This document shows positions 1-11,460 of a stretch of 64,000 nucleotides of DNA, piece by piece. The stretch is from assembly GCA_963575745.1 (NCBI GenBank), contig CAUYUJ010000232.1:1-64000 (forward strand). The letters run 5' to 3'. A program made the position numbers and the translations under genes. Below the pieces are notes generated by a model. The model searched no databases and was not told the DNA's origin. It saw only the letters and a program-made list of their open reading frames with translations. Every line of letters begins with the position of its first letter. The first letter of the stretch is position 1. The DNA comes from Prorocentrum cordatum (Eukaryota).

Positions 1-14
1 CAAGGCGCGGACGC

Positions 15-1097
15 ATGGAGGGAGGAGATCCTCCACCACCGCCGCAGCCTCAAGCAGAGCCGAGGCCAAGGCCAAGGCTCCCTGATTGGACTCGCTTCGA
101 CGTTCAGCTCAGCCTCCAAAACCTGCGCAGCTTTGACCCAGCTGTAGTGCAGCGAGAACTCCGCAAACTCCTCTTGAGATGGTTTCATGCCAAGGAGCCA
201 AAAATGCGGATGATTCTAACTAAGGTTGGTCTGGGTGAAACCCGTTTGAGTCTGATCAAAGGCATTTGCGACTCGTGTAGAGAATGTCGAGCCTGGGACA
301 AACCAGGCAACACGGCGATGCCTTCTGTGTCACTGCCAGGACGTTTCAACGAGGAAGTCGAATGTGATCTTTTCTTTTACAAACAGGAACATATTATTTT
401 TCACATCATCGACCGTTGTATTCGCTGGGCAGCTGGCACAGAGATTCCTGATAAGACCATGCATACTGTTCTCGATGCCTATCACACAACTTGGATGCAA
501 CACGGCCCTGCTAAAATCTTATACTCCGATGGGGAAGGAGCACTGAATAACGATACAGCAAAGGCCATCCTTATGGCTAAGGGAACAGAGCTTCGTATCC
601 GAGCGCGTGGCCAACACGCCACGACTATCGAAGCTAGGAACGGCATCCTGCGACACCTCATACACGTGATGGGAGAAGAATTGAATAGATTAAATATTCC
701 TCTGAATTTCACTCGTATTTTACATGAAGCCTTGTTTGCCAGCAACGCATTTACCTTCTACAATGAAGTGTCTCCGTACAATGCGCTGTATGGCAGACAA
801 CCAGCTATGCTTCCCGATTTCCCTGTCTTGGATCATGATCAGTCCGCTGAATCATCAGATCACTCAAGGGAGGAAACAATCAGGAGGGTTAGTCTGGAGG
901 CAATCACGCAGGCCACTGCGGTTGCCAAGACGAACAGGGCTCTTCGTACGAAGACTACTGCTACGGGTGAATTTCACTACAAAGAGGGAGATCTCGTGGA
1001 CTATCATCGCCCGACCACCACGAAAGACGACTGGGTGGATGGAGTGGTCCATACCCGGTCATCCGCAACGAACCTGACCGAGGCCAGGTCATCGTGA
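15..1097 (+). pseudogene. Copia pol, integrase part (HHCC zinc finger plus DDE core), broken by a frameshift near 1033-1036
   Basis: RWFHA..CDSCREC zinc-binding region; ECDLFF, HIIDRCIRW, LYSDGEGA and IEARNGILR give the D-D-E core; SPYNALYGRQP downstream. The frame is open to the window start, so the true N-terminus lies upstream. Confidence 0.85.
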
Positions 1098-3913
1098 AGG
1101 TCGGCAATCGCGAAGTGCGAGTACAGTATCCTGACTCACGACATACGCTGTACATCGAAGCACTGATGGTCCGCGAGATAGGATCGGACAATACGGCCCT
1201 TCGGACAGTATTGGCCTTTATTGCCGGTCTGCCAGCGGGGAAACCCGCCATGACTTTCGGATATCTACCAGCGAAACAGGGTCGGCTGCAGATGACTGCT
1301 GCGAGCCGACTTTCGCCTAAGGTGAACTTGGCTCTTCAGTACCTCATACGCAACTACTTTCGTATTGAAAACGTTGTTGCTGTACGACTTGCCAAGAGCC
1401 TGACGAAGTTGCCTGCTGCACCCTATGCAGACAGCTGTACACTAGTGCACTATGATAATGATGTGACCCCTGGTTTTCATTACTATGAAGCTGATGGCAC
1501 TGCTTTGAACATCTATGACATCACAGGATCTACACACTCACGCATCATCCAGTGTCTTAAATCCAGGAAGCCGTCTGCTGGATTTGACCAAGACCTCACT
1601 AAGTTTGAGGAACTCGTTGATGGTCCACCACCAAGCGAATCACCTCCAGCAGCTGCTCCTGAGGAGCCTCCTACGGATAACGATGGTCGGCTCCCGACCA
1701 TCATAGAGGAAACAGAAGAAGATCTGGATGCTTTTGTCTTGAAGTCGTGGTATGCTGAACTGATGGATGACAGAACACTCCTTGAAGCTGACACAGAGGA
1801 AGTCATGCATACAGTTCCCACATACATGACAGACACACCGTGTGTGTTAGTCTCTACGACCTGTGAAGATGTGCAAGGCCACTTGCCGGAGCGGGGGCAC
1901 CCGCCAGGATACGACATGGACACTTCTTACTACGTTCCTTTATGCTCCACGGATCCGGATAGCAAATATGATCTGGACTCCGATGAGCACGGGAAGTACA
2001 TCGAGCTCTGCTTCACTGCAGACATGTCCAAAGTCGTCCTGTCCGAGCAGCAACACCGATTGTTGGATGACAGCAGCGTCACAACCATGCGAGTATACGT
2101 CAGTGCTGCCTCCAAACGCGCCGTGGTCGTCAAGGAAGACGATCTACTCACGAAGGCCGACATTCAAGCGAATCCGGTCAAAGTTTCCAAAGCCCTTTAC
2201 ACAGAATTGAAGACTTGGCTTGACAATAAATGCTTTCAGATGACTGACTTGAGCAAAGCGTCTAACATCATGACTTCACGCTACGTATACAAATGGAAGT
2301 TTGTCAAGAACGAAATGGGCGAAATGGAAAGGACGATCAGGTTACGCTTGGTACTCCGTGGCTTCATGGACCTTGAAGCCTTTGATGTCGAAACCTTCTC
2401 TGGCACGGCAAGGAGGTCAAGCCAGAGACTGCTCGCAAGTTCTGCTGCATGCAACAAAGCTTGGATCATCTCTTCCCTGGACATCAACATGGCTTTCTTG
2501 AAGGGACTGACCTATGGCGAGCTCGCCGCGGCAACTGGCGAGAAAGAGCGTGTGGTGTGCTTCACACTACCTCCTGGGTCAGCAGCTGTCCTTCGCATAC
2601 TGCCAGGCTTTGAGTCATATGACGAATCAAAGCATTGTCTTCGGTGTCTGAAGCCGGGGACGGGCACGAAGGATGCTCCCAGGGCATTCTCGTTGAAGCT
2701 CAGGTCCATCACTAGGAGCTTTGGGCTACAGCCTACTTCATACGACGAAGAGTTCGAGATGAGCCCAAACCTCTTGACTGCCAAACACGTCGATGACATC
2801 AATATGACCGGGAAGGAAGATGCTATTGACAAGTATGTCAAGTGTGTTGAAGATACGTTTGGAAAGTGCAAACTGAACAAGCACACATACACAAACTGTG
2901 CCGTTCGGTACAACAAGACCGATGGTGGGAGCGTCACTCTTGATCAGGACGAATACATCAAACAGCTCCGTCCTATCACACATCCAGAACTCACGGGAGC
3001 TGATCCTGAGAGCAAAGCGACAAAGACGATTTCTGACATGTTCGTCAGTCTTCGTGGCGCTCTAGCCTATGCGTTGATCACGCAGGTATGGCTGATGGTC
3101 TATGTTGTCTCACTACAACGTATCCAGGAACCGACAAACATCCAGGTACGACGACTAAACGCGGTTACCAGGAAACTACAGGCAGGTCCGAAGAAGATCG
3201 TGTATCAAGCTATGACTCCAACAGGCGAAGTTGACCTGCATAGCGATTCTGGCTATCGCCGTCTCAATGGAGATGAAGACGACGAAGTCAAAGGCTATGG
3301 TATCCGCGGGGCTAACCTGCTGAGGCGTGGCCACACGCAAGCGGGGAAACCCGTCGTGCACCTGGTGGACGCATACTGCAAGTCTCATCGACTGCAGGTG
3401 CGTTCGAGCTACTCTGCGGAAACACTGGCAGCAGCCCTCAACTTGGAAGACTGCTACCCGACCATTGTAACGCTCCACGAGCTACACTCGGGACCATTGA
3501 CCCCCACACAGTTAAAGAACATATTGGAAATGGGTGGTCTATGTATCAAAGTCACTCTGACTATTGATGCCGAGTCTGTCTTCAAGTCTTTGTCTAGCAA
3601 AGATCTGAAGAAGTCCACAGAATGTACTCTGCTTGGGCACATTAGCTGGATCCGCCAGATGATGGAGCGCGGAATCGTTGAAAGCGTTCAATGGTGTGAC
3701 ACGCGGGATATGACTGCCGATGGTCATACCAAAGGTAGCATTGACCGCGCGTTGCTCCTACAAGTAATGGTCGGCCAGCAATCCTTCAAGCACGAGCTGA
3801 AGAAACATACGCCGTATAGGGCGGGCAGGTCGTCTCAGGACGGCCCTGCCTCCCGAGCCAGCGGGGAAACCCGCGGGCAGGTGCGCTCTAGTAGCGAGGA
3901 AACTCGCCGGTAG
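1034..3913 (+). pseudogene. Copia pol, RT (RVT_2-like) and RNase HI part
   Basis: RT motifs SRYVYKWK..IRLRLVLRGF, SLDINMAFL, LKPGTGTKDAPRAF, AKHVDDI. RNase H motifs HSDSG, RSSYSAETLA, IDAESVF, WCDTRDMTADGHTK. The frame is open upstream of 1094 (GGWSGPYPVIR). Confidence 0.9.
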
Positions 3914-5389
3914 CGAGGCTACTCGCGCGCCCTTGCCTTGTAGGCAGCCGCTGCTGCTTAGCACTGTTTTTCCGCATAATGTAGAAGTGCGGTTGTGCTG
4001 TCTCTACCCAGCGGCCTTTAAACGGAGAAGTTAAGGCGAGGTTTATAATCGAGCTATGTGTTAAGCTTTGGTTGGTGGTGGGGGGTTTTGATTGTTTTTT
4101 TTTTATTTTTTTTGCTTTTATTTTTTTTTTTTTTTTATTTTCTTCTTTTTTGCCGTATGCCTGGCTCAAGCGGCTCGGCCCAATATATTTGGACTCTTAT
4201 CTTATTGTATATCTTTTTTACTTATTCAGGATGTGACTATCCCCCCCCTCCCCCCCCCCCCCCCCCCCCCCCTTGTTTGTGTGCCTCACGAGGCGCAACG
4301 ACTAGGTATCGGAGGAATCGGAAAATACCTTTTCCATTGAAGATGCCTTCTTTATTTTATTCTCTATTTTCTTTTATTTTTTTTCATTCATCTTATCCTT
4401 TACTCCAGATAATTCCCATTGCTTCGTCTCGCTTGTCTTTGCTCATGCGGATATGGAGCGGGGGGGGGGGGGGGGGGTGCCAAAGCCTGGGATATGGCAA
4501 CGCTTGAAGCGTAACACATACCTAAGCTTACCAGCATGTTTTCGACTTCTTGAGCGTCTTGGAGCGATCTTTCGGCGACTCGGGGCCTCTTGGGCAGTGT
4601 AGGGGGCGTTCGGCGCCCTCTTGGCGCGCTCCTGGAGCGCCCCTGGGGAGTCGGCCAGGCATCGGCCGGGCATCGCCCGTGGTACTTTTCGTCCGGGGGT
4701 CCCCAGGGGCCGCCACGCGCGCGCGAACTAGAAATATCGTTAACCTGTTATCGGAGATCTTAGCACGCCTCTGGCCCGTTGGGCCGGTGAGTTGAGAAGC
4801 ATTAGTGGAGTCGGAGGCGGAGGAGTAGGATGATGAGGAGGACGAGGCAGGAGGAGGGTCATGGGAACCGAGGAGCCTGTGACGCTCCTCGACATCGACG
4901 TGTGCAATGCTACGGGGGGCCTGGCCGATTGGCGAGGCGGCCCAAATAGGCGTCGGCAGCAAGTCCCACCCCCCAAGGTCAGCCACGTCTCTCCGGGCCA
5001 GGCAGGTCATAGACATCGGGCCAACCGCGGCCAGGCGAGCGGCTCGGAGCAGGCGGATAGAGGTGCTGGAAGTAGCCTTCAGAAGACACTTCATCGGCGA
5101 CGCCATCAAACCTGACGTCCCACATGACACCAACTACGGCCGCACCGCCAAGTGCATCGTCAGAGAGGTCCCCAAGGTTTTACCAGAGCGCCATGGAATA
5201 CAGCTGCCGCCTGCCAGGCCACCGCGAAACTGGGCCAGGACCCATCGCAACGCCAACGACGCTTACGGCGATGATGGGGTTTTCCGCCTGCCTCCCAACC
5301 TCCCGACGTGCGCCTTCTACGTGTACCCACACCACTCCTTACCCCATTGCCCCCACGACAGACCCCACGCCCGCCCAGCCACGCTCCGA

Positions 5390-6290
5390 GTGGCCGCATG
5401 CCCTGAGGGGGAGCCCGCGGGGGGGCATACCCGTGGAAACGGCCATAGGGCTGCTGGCCATGCCAAAGCTGGCGCCGCCTGCCCCGCGGCGGGCTCGGCA
5501 TCCCGAGTGGCCGCATGCCTGGAGAGGGAGCAGGCGGGGGGCATGCTTTGGAAAGCGGCCATGGGGACAGCCGAAACCACTCCCCAGAACCCCCCACCCG
5601 ACCCACCACTGGGTGGCCTTTGCGGACCGCCGCTCGGCCCTTGGCAAGGCTGTCAATCGGCGGGTGCCGCGGGCCCAGCGCGGCGTCCGCGGGCGGCGCC
5701 GCCTTGCGTGCGGCCGCTCGAGGCGTCCCCTGCCTCGGGCAGTGTGGAAGGCGGTGGCCGCGGACCTATGCCTGCGGGGGCACGGGCTGATGGCCGTGGC
5801 GATGCCGCTGGGCGTTGGGGCCTACCTCAGGCCGCGCGAGCCGATGGGGGTGCAGCCCGAGGACCTAGACCCCCTGCGCGAGACGCGTCGGGGCACTGGT
5901 CTCTGATCATCTGACTGCAGACGAGAGGGGTGACCGCCGAGACAGGGGCGATGGGCGACAGCGTGATCCTGGCTTGCAAGTGGCAGCACTGGATGACGGC
6001 ACTCTGGATGGCCCTGGCGGGGGCTCGTCGTGGAAGGCCAGGCTGGACGTTCACGCGCCCTGAGCTGGTGAAGCAGTTCCACGAGACCTGCAGCCGGCGT
6101 AACATCCCCGCGGTGCCGTGCGTGATGGGACGCAGCGGGCCCAGCATCGACAGGGCCCAGCAGTTTCGGCCCCTCGACGAGGTGCGGAAGAGAGGGCGCC
6201 GGGCGAGCCACGAGTCGGTCGCCAGGTGCGAGAGGGCGGCGAGGCCCAGCAGTGCGTGGCGCGACCTGCCGCTGGCGGCCCAGGGAACTG
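5390..6290 (+). pseudogene. Tyrosine recombinase, frameshifted
   Basis: Across frames: SRRPLPRAVW, GAYLRPRE, GHWSLII, ETGAMGDSVIL, RSGPSIDRAQQFRPLDEVRKRGRRASHESVARCE. This resembles the DIRS YR pattern (YLRPxE ... RHSG ... RGRW ... SVxRY) with catalytic residues mutated. Confidence 0.75.
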
Positions 6291-6384
6291 GTGCGAGGCG
6301 CCCGACGCGCGCCTCGAGGAAAACTGCTGCCGCGGGGCGCAGGCCGCGCGGCGGGCGGCGCGGGGCGCCTCCGAGGAGCCAGCG

Positions 6385-6850
6385 CCTCGGCGACCTCTTC
6401 TCGGGCGAGGGCGGGGTCGCGCGCGCCTGCCGGCGCCTGGGCGCCCCCGCGCGGTCCCGGGAGGTCCGCGGGTCGCCCCGCGGGCGACCTCGCCCGGCAG
6501 CCTGTGCTTCAGTGTGTCCGCCAGGGTGTCGGGGCAGGCAGGCTCCTGGGCGCCATGTTTGCGCCTCCGTGCCGAACCTTCGCGGTGGCCAGAGACCGCG
6601 CTGCCGTCGGTGCAGTAGTGAGTGATCTCTGCCAGGTCGGAACTCCCTGGAGGGGGCGAACCCGTTTCGTCTGCGGGGGAGTCCCAGCGCCAGACCTAGT
6701 GGCCTTCAGCCGTAGGTGCACTGGCAAACATGGTCTCTGCAGCGTCACAGGTCTTCGGCACTGCCAGCTAGAAGGGTCAACACTGACACGGGAAACCCAG
6801 CCTTCCAACGGCAATTGTGCAGGATGTTTGCTCACACTCTGTTACATAGA
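6385..6850 (+). pseudogene. C5 cytosine DNA methyltransferase remnant
   Basis: Motif I DLFSGEGG (6392); motif IV APPCRTF (6561-6581, next frame); DLCQVGTPWRGRT and a Cys/His-rich segment after it. Motif VI (ENP) is absent, suggesting an internal deletion near 6600. Confidence 0.72.
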
Positions 6851-6967
6851 GTACGGGGCGCACATGTCAATTATTCCTACCTTGCTCTCACGACCCTTCA
6901 TCCCTCGATTCCGCTTGCCCCGATCAATCCTTGCTAATTCGAGAACTTCCATTTTCGGGCTTCTTCG

Positions 6968-7343
6968 GGACTTTTTATTGCTTGGTCCAGGGGTGCTGGC
7001 CCATCTTCCCATTGGCGGCCGGGTCGCTGCGACCAGGGCGCGCGTGGTTTCTACGAGACGTATCTTATCCGTTGAAAAACGAGGTCCCCTAGATAGAGGG
7101 GCGCGTGCACATAGCTATCTTTTGGGGACTCGTGAGTATCGACGTGCTTTACAGAGGGTTTCGTCCGCAACCGTCCTCTCTCAAGTCTGCTTCTTCGGCC
7201 CCCCCATTCCACTACCAGGACTTTTGATTGCTTGGTCCAGGGGTGTTGGCCCATAATCCCATTGGCGGCTGGGTCGCTGCCGCCAAGACGCGCGTGCTTT
7301 CTACGAGACGTATCTTATCCGATGAAGAACGAGGCCCCTTAAA
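6968..7343 (+). repeat. Split direct repeat: two ~126-bp copies separated by ~124 bp
   Basis: ggacttt..attgcttggtccaggggtg..cccattggcggc..ttctacgagacgtatcttatccg..aacgagg at 6968-7093 and 7218-7343. Confidence 0.9.
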
Positions 7344-7540
7344 TATAACTTTATTTGTTCTGCCGGATGTGCCCATGGATCGTATATATTTTAGATGAAC
7401 AAAATTTGTGTTACATGACGCATGTTGTATTACTAACGGAATCCCTCATCACAAAACAGTACATGTGTCTTCGTATGGTTATTGTTTTCCCAACCAACCT
7501 GTTGCTGTGTCCCCGTTTTGAAAGAGACAACGCCCCGCGT

Positions 7541-7800
7541 CTCCTCTCCTCCTTTCCTTTCCTTTCCTCTCTTATCCTCTCCTCTCCTCTCCTCTCCTCT
7601 CCTCGCCTCTCCTCTCTCTCCTCTCCTCTCCTATCCTCTTCCTCTCCGCCCTCTCCTCTCTCTCCTATCCTTCTCCTCTCTCCTCTCCTCCTCTCCTCCT
7701 CCTACTCTCTCTTCCTCTCTCTCTCTCCTCTCCTCTCCTCTCCTCTCCTTCTCCTTCCTTCCTCTCCTTCCTGTCTCTTTCTCCTCCCATCCTGCCTCTG
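7541..7800. repeat. (CTCTC/CCT)n pyrimidine tract
   Basis: Read directly from the sequence. Confidence 0.9.
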
Positions 7801-8054
7801 TCCTCCGCATCCCATTCCGGCACCACCCCTCACACGTTTCGTCGGCCCATGGCCCCATGGTGAGCTCTACCGAAGGCCCCAGTGGCGGTGTTCGAATGCG
7901 TTTCCCCCGCCCAGTACAGCGTTTCGTGGCCCCATTAGGAGCTCCACCGAAGGCCCCAGTGGCAGTGTTCGCCGCATGCGTCCCTCTTGTCCTCCCTCCT
8001 GTTCTTGCTCCATCTCACCTCCTCTTCCCTCCTTTCTTTGCTCCTCCACGCTAG

Positions 8055-8393
8055 GCCAGCAACGTGGACGACTCCTTCTTCGAGGAGTGGGGCCAAGAGG
8101 CGGCTCCCGCCCAGGACAACAGGGTGCGGCCACCGCAGCCGATGGGAGGACTGCCTCCCTCCTTCGTTTTCCCAGCCCTCCCTTCGATCGGGCATCGTTT
8201 TGAACACAGCACCTGCCACTACCTTCTCGTCCCTCCTCTCCCGTCTCCTTTCCTTCCTTCCTCGTCCCCCTCCGTGTCTCACGTTTCTCTCGTCGCCTCT
8301 TCTTTCACTCTCGCTTCCTCTCGGGCTCAGGAACAGCCGCTTTCCCGCGCATCGGGGCGTCCGGCGAATTGCCGACTGACGCCGACCCGATGA
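8055..8393 (+). CDS. Possible last two exons (8055-~8123 and 8331-stop) of an unidentified host gene
   Basis: Both segments follow pyrimidine tracts ending AG|G. The first reads ASNVDDSFFEEWGQEAAPAQDNR with GC3-rich codons and is followed by GT. Unique UTR-like sequence continues to ~8830. No homology recognised. Confidence 0.3.
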   Translation, partial: ASNVDDSFFEEWGQEAAPAQDNRVRPPQPMGGLPPSFVFPALPSIGHRFEHSTCHYLLVPPLPSPFLPSSSPSVSHVSLVASSFTLASSRAQEQPLSRASGRPANCRLTPTR

Positions 8394-9603
8394 GACGTCG
8401 CGCTTTCTACGTGCTGCAAGGCGCACGCGACACCCAGCTTTTCTGCGCCACAAGGGTTCAGCGGAGCTGCGCCCTACGTAGATCCAAGGCAGACCTTGCC
8501 TCCCCTGGAAGTTGCCAAACGACACCGTTGCGGTGGGTACGTCTCGTACGTAATTTGCACACGCCGAACGCGCATCTTCTAGAGGAAATCGATCTTCCCA
8601 GCTTGCAGGTGGTGTGCACTACATGGGCCAATTCAGGCTCAAGCTTATTGACCCGCCGAATGTGGCGAAAGCTAGCACACTCGCCTCAGCGCCTCGTAAA
8701 TTCGTCCATCTTACCATAGTTACATTGTCTGTTCTAAAAAACGACTGCACATCGCAGAGGGTATCGCATATGCATTTTCAACGACTGCAGCCTGCGTCGT
8801 GACATGGGGTACACCTTGAAATTCATTCAGACTGTCAGTTGCACTAATACATCCTTGGCGTTTAGTGTTTTGTTGCTGTTGTCGTTGAGTGTTTGGTTGT
8901 TGTTGTCGTCGTCGTCGTCGCTGTTGCACTTCCATTTCTAAAGATGATGATTATTGATCCCCTCTGCCCGGTGTTTTTTTTTGTTATGCAATGAAAGTGC
9001 TCCTCCCGGGGCTCGTACCTTGTTGTTTACAAGGGGAAGTGTGGGGCCACCAAAATGTGTTGTTGGCCCCTGGTTTGCAACACCAGCGGCTCCCGCCTGA
9101 TACTTCCTTACAATGTATTGAGAAATCGTGCTCTCGCGCGAGATATCCTCACAACTTACGCAGGAGTCGCGCTCTCGCATTGGACTTCTTCGCAACTCAT
9201 TCAAACGCCGCGCCCTTGACGCACAGGAGTCGCGGTCTCGCTTTGGGTTTTCTCGCGATTTACTTGGGAATCGCGCTACTCGAGACTTCCTCGCGGTTCA
9301 TGCAGTACTCACGCTTCAGCAACCCGCCTGCTCGATCTGCCCGCTTGGGCCCACCTTCCGACCTGCCCGCAAGGATATGCCCGCCCGATCAGCCCGTTTG
9401 GTTCGGCTACGTGTTTTCTGCTTCTAGCCCTCCTTCTGTTAATCCCGTGCTGCATCCATTTCCCTCGCCTTTCCATCCGTCCTCTCTTTCTTTGTTTCAG
9501 GGGCTGCACCACTTACGCGCGGCAGGTAAGGAAGATATACCCCCAAGGGGGAACGATCGACGACGAAGACGACGACGAGCAGAAAAGCGAACATTATCAA
9601 ACT

Positions 9604-9777
9604 GTTTATTGTTGTCGTTGTTGTTGTGGTTGATGTTGTTGTTGATATTGTTGTTGTTGCTGTTGTTGTCGATGTTGTTGTAGCTGTTGTTGTTGCTGCT
9701 GTTGTTGCTGCTGCTGTTGTAGTTGTTGCAGTTGTGGTTGCTGTTGTTGTAGATGTTGTTGTAGCTGTTGTTGTAGC

Positions 9778-9823
<46 letters not shown>

Positions 9824-9840
9824 GCTGCTGCTGCTGCTGC

Positions 9841-9886
<46 letters not shown>

Positions 9887-9888
9887 GG

Positions 9889-9979
<91 letters not shown>

Positions 9980-9996
9980 GCTGCTGCTGCTGCTGC

Positions 9997-10039
<43 letters not shown>

Positions 10040-10065
10040 GGTTGTTGTTGTTGTTGTTGTTGTTG

Positions 10066-10119
<54 letters not shown>

Positions 10120-10175
10120 GGTTGTGGTTGTGGTTGTTGTTGTTGTTGTTGTTGTTGTTGTTGGTGTGGTTGTTG
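9604..10175. repeat. (GTT)n microsatellite
   Basis: Read directly from the sequence. Confidence 0.97.
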
Positions 10176-10319
10176 AGTGTTCATTACCAAACAATTATTA
10201 TTGTTGGACACCTTAAAGGCGCCCTGGCGCTCTCGCCGAGGCGCCGGCTACATTTTCATTGAAAATGAGGCTCACGCTCGAGCGGTTTGGGGGACCGCCC
10301 AAACTGGCCTCCCAACAAC

Positions 10320-10750
10320 AACAACAACGCTCCCGCTCGAGATTTCTTCCTTTTTTACTCAGGGCTGGTGTTCTTGCTCGCCGCCGAAAGCCGCCGTCCT
10401 AACAAAACAAGCGCTCCCGCTCGAGACTTCCTCCCGTTTTACCTTGGACTGGCGCGCTAGTCTTTCTCTCATCGGCGCCGCCCCCAGCAAAAACAACGCT
10501 CCCGCTCGAGGCTGCCTCCCTTTTTTTCTCAAGGCGGTGCTCCTCCTCGCCGCCGAAAACCGCCGCCCCGACAAAACCAGCGCTCCCGCCCGAGACTTCC
10601 TTCCGTTTTACGCTGGACTAGTGGTGCCCAACTCTTTTTGAATTGGCGCCGCTACCAGCAAGAATAACACTCCCGCTCGAGGCTTCCTCCCTTCTTCTTG
10701 AAGACGGTGCTGTTCCTCGCCGCCGACAACCCCCGTCCCGACAAAACCAC
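10320..10750. repeat. Diverged ~85-bp tandem repeat (core cgctcccgctcgag), ~5 copies
   Basis: Core recurs near 10328, 10412, 10497, 10581 and 10669. Confidence 0.75.
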
Positions 10751-11460
10751 GTATGGCAGAACGCACAGGAGCGCGGCTGATCACACAAAACACATAGAAG
10801 CAAGGCAGAACAACCAGCAGCACGGCAGAACACACAGGAGCACGGCAGAACAAACAGGAGCACGAGGAGCACGGCAGAACACACATAATGTATAGGAGCA
10901 CGGCAAAACACACAGGAGCACGGCAGAACACGCAGGTGCACGGCAGGACACACAGGAACACAAAACATACAGGAACACGGCATAACACGCAGGAACACTG
11001 CAGAACACAGGAGCACGGCAGCGCACAGGAGCAGGAGGAGCACGGCAGAGCACGGCAGAACACGCAGGAGCACGGCAGAACACATAAGAGCACGGCAGAG
11101 CAGGACCATGGCAGAATATACAGGAGCACGGCAGAACACACAGGAGCACTGCAGAACACGCAGGAGCACGGCAGAACGCAGAGAACATTTTTCACACAGC
11201 CGCACCCGCAGGCACACGTATATAGGCACACGCACATAGGCACACGCACACGCACACGCACACACAGACACATACACACACGCACACGCACGCACACACA
11301 GAGATGCAATTTACGTTCACGCAGACCGCAGGAGCACGGCAGGGCAGCACGGCATAACACTGCAGTGCCGCAGACCACCACGCACGGACACGCATGCACA
11401 GATTCCACGCACGCACGCGCACGCGCAAACGCACGCACGCCACGACAGACTTGCGCAGCG
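10750..11460. repeat. ~20-bp minisatellite (cacggcagaacacacaggag) followed by (CA/CACG)n
   Basis: Read directly from the sequence. Confidence 0.9.

Larger units (their letters stand above)
1..3913 (+). mobile_element. Ty1/copia LTR retrotransposon, internal pol region (runs off the window start; 3' LTR not delimited)
   Basis: Domain order integrase -> RT -> RNase H is the copia arrangement. Long non-repetitive ORFs with recognisable motifs (see sub-features). Confidence 0.92.
4740..7343 (+). mobile_element. Degenerate DIRS/PAT-like tyrosine-recombinase retrotransposon remnant with C5-methyltransferase cargo (5' boundary uncertain)
   Basis: YR motifs followed by C5-MTase motifs and a 3' split direct repeat (6968-7093 / 7218-7343). 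No RT recognised. Confidence 0.7.

Noticed and set aside
4152..4170. Degenerate SL-like string gccgtatgcctggctcaag (also ggctcaag at 8636)
   Set aside because: It needs several indels and has no downstream ORF, so it cannot be separated from chance.
3914..4260. 3' LTR and polypurine tract of the copia element
   Set aside because: No second copy in the window and no clear TG...CA boundaries.
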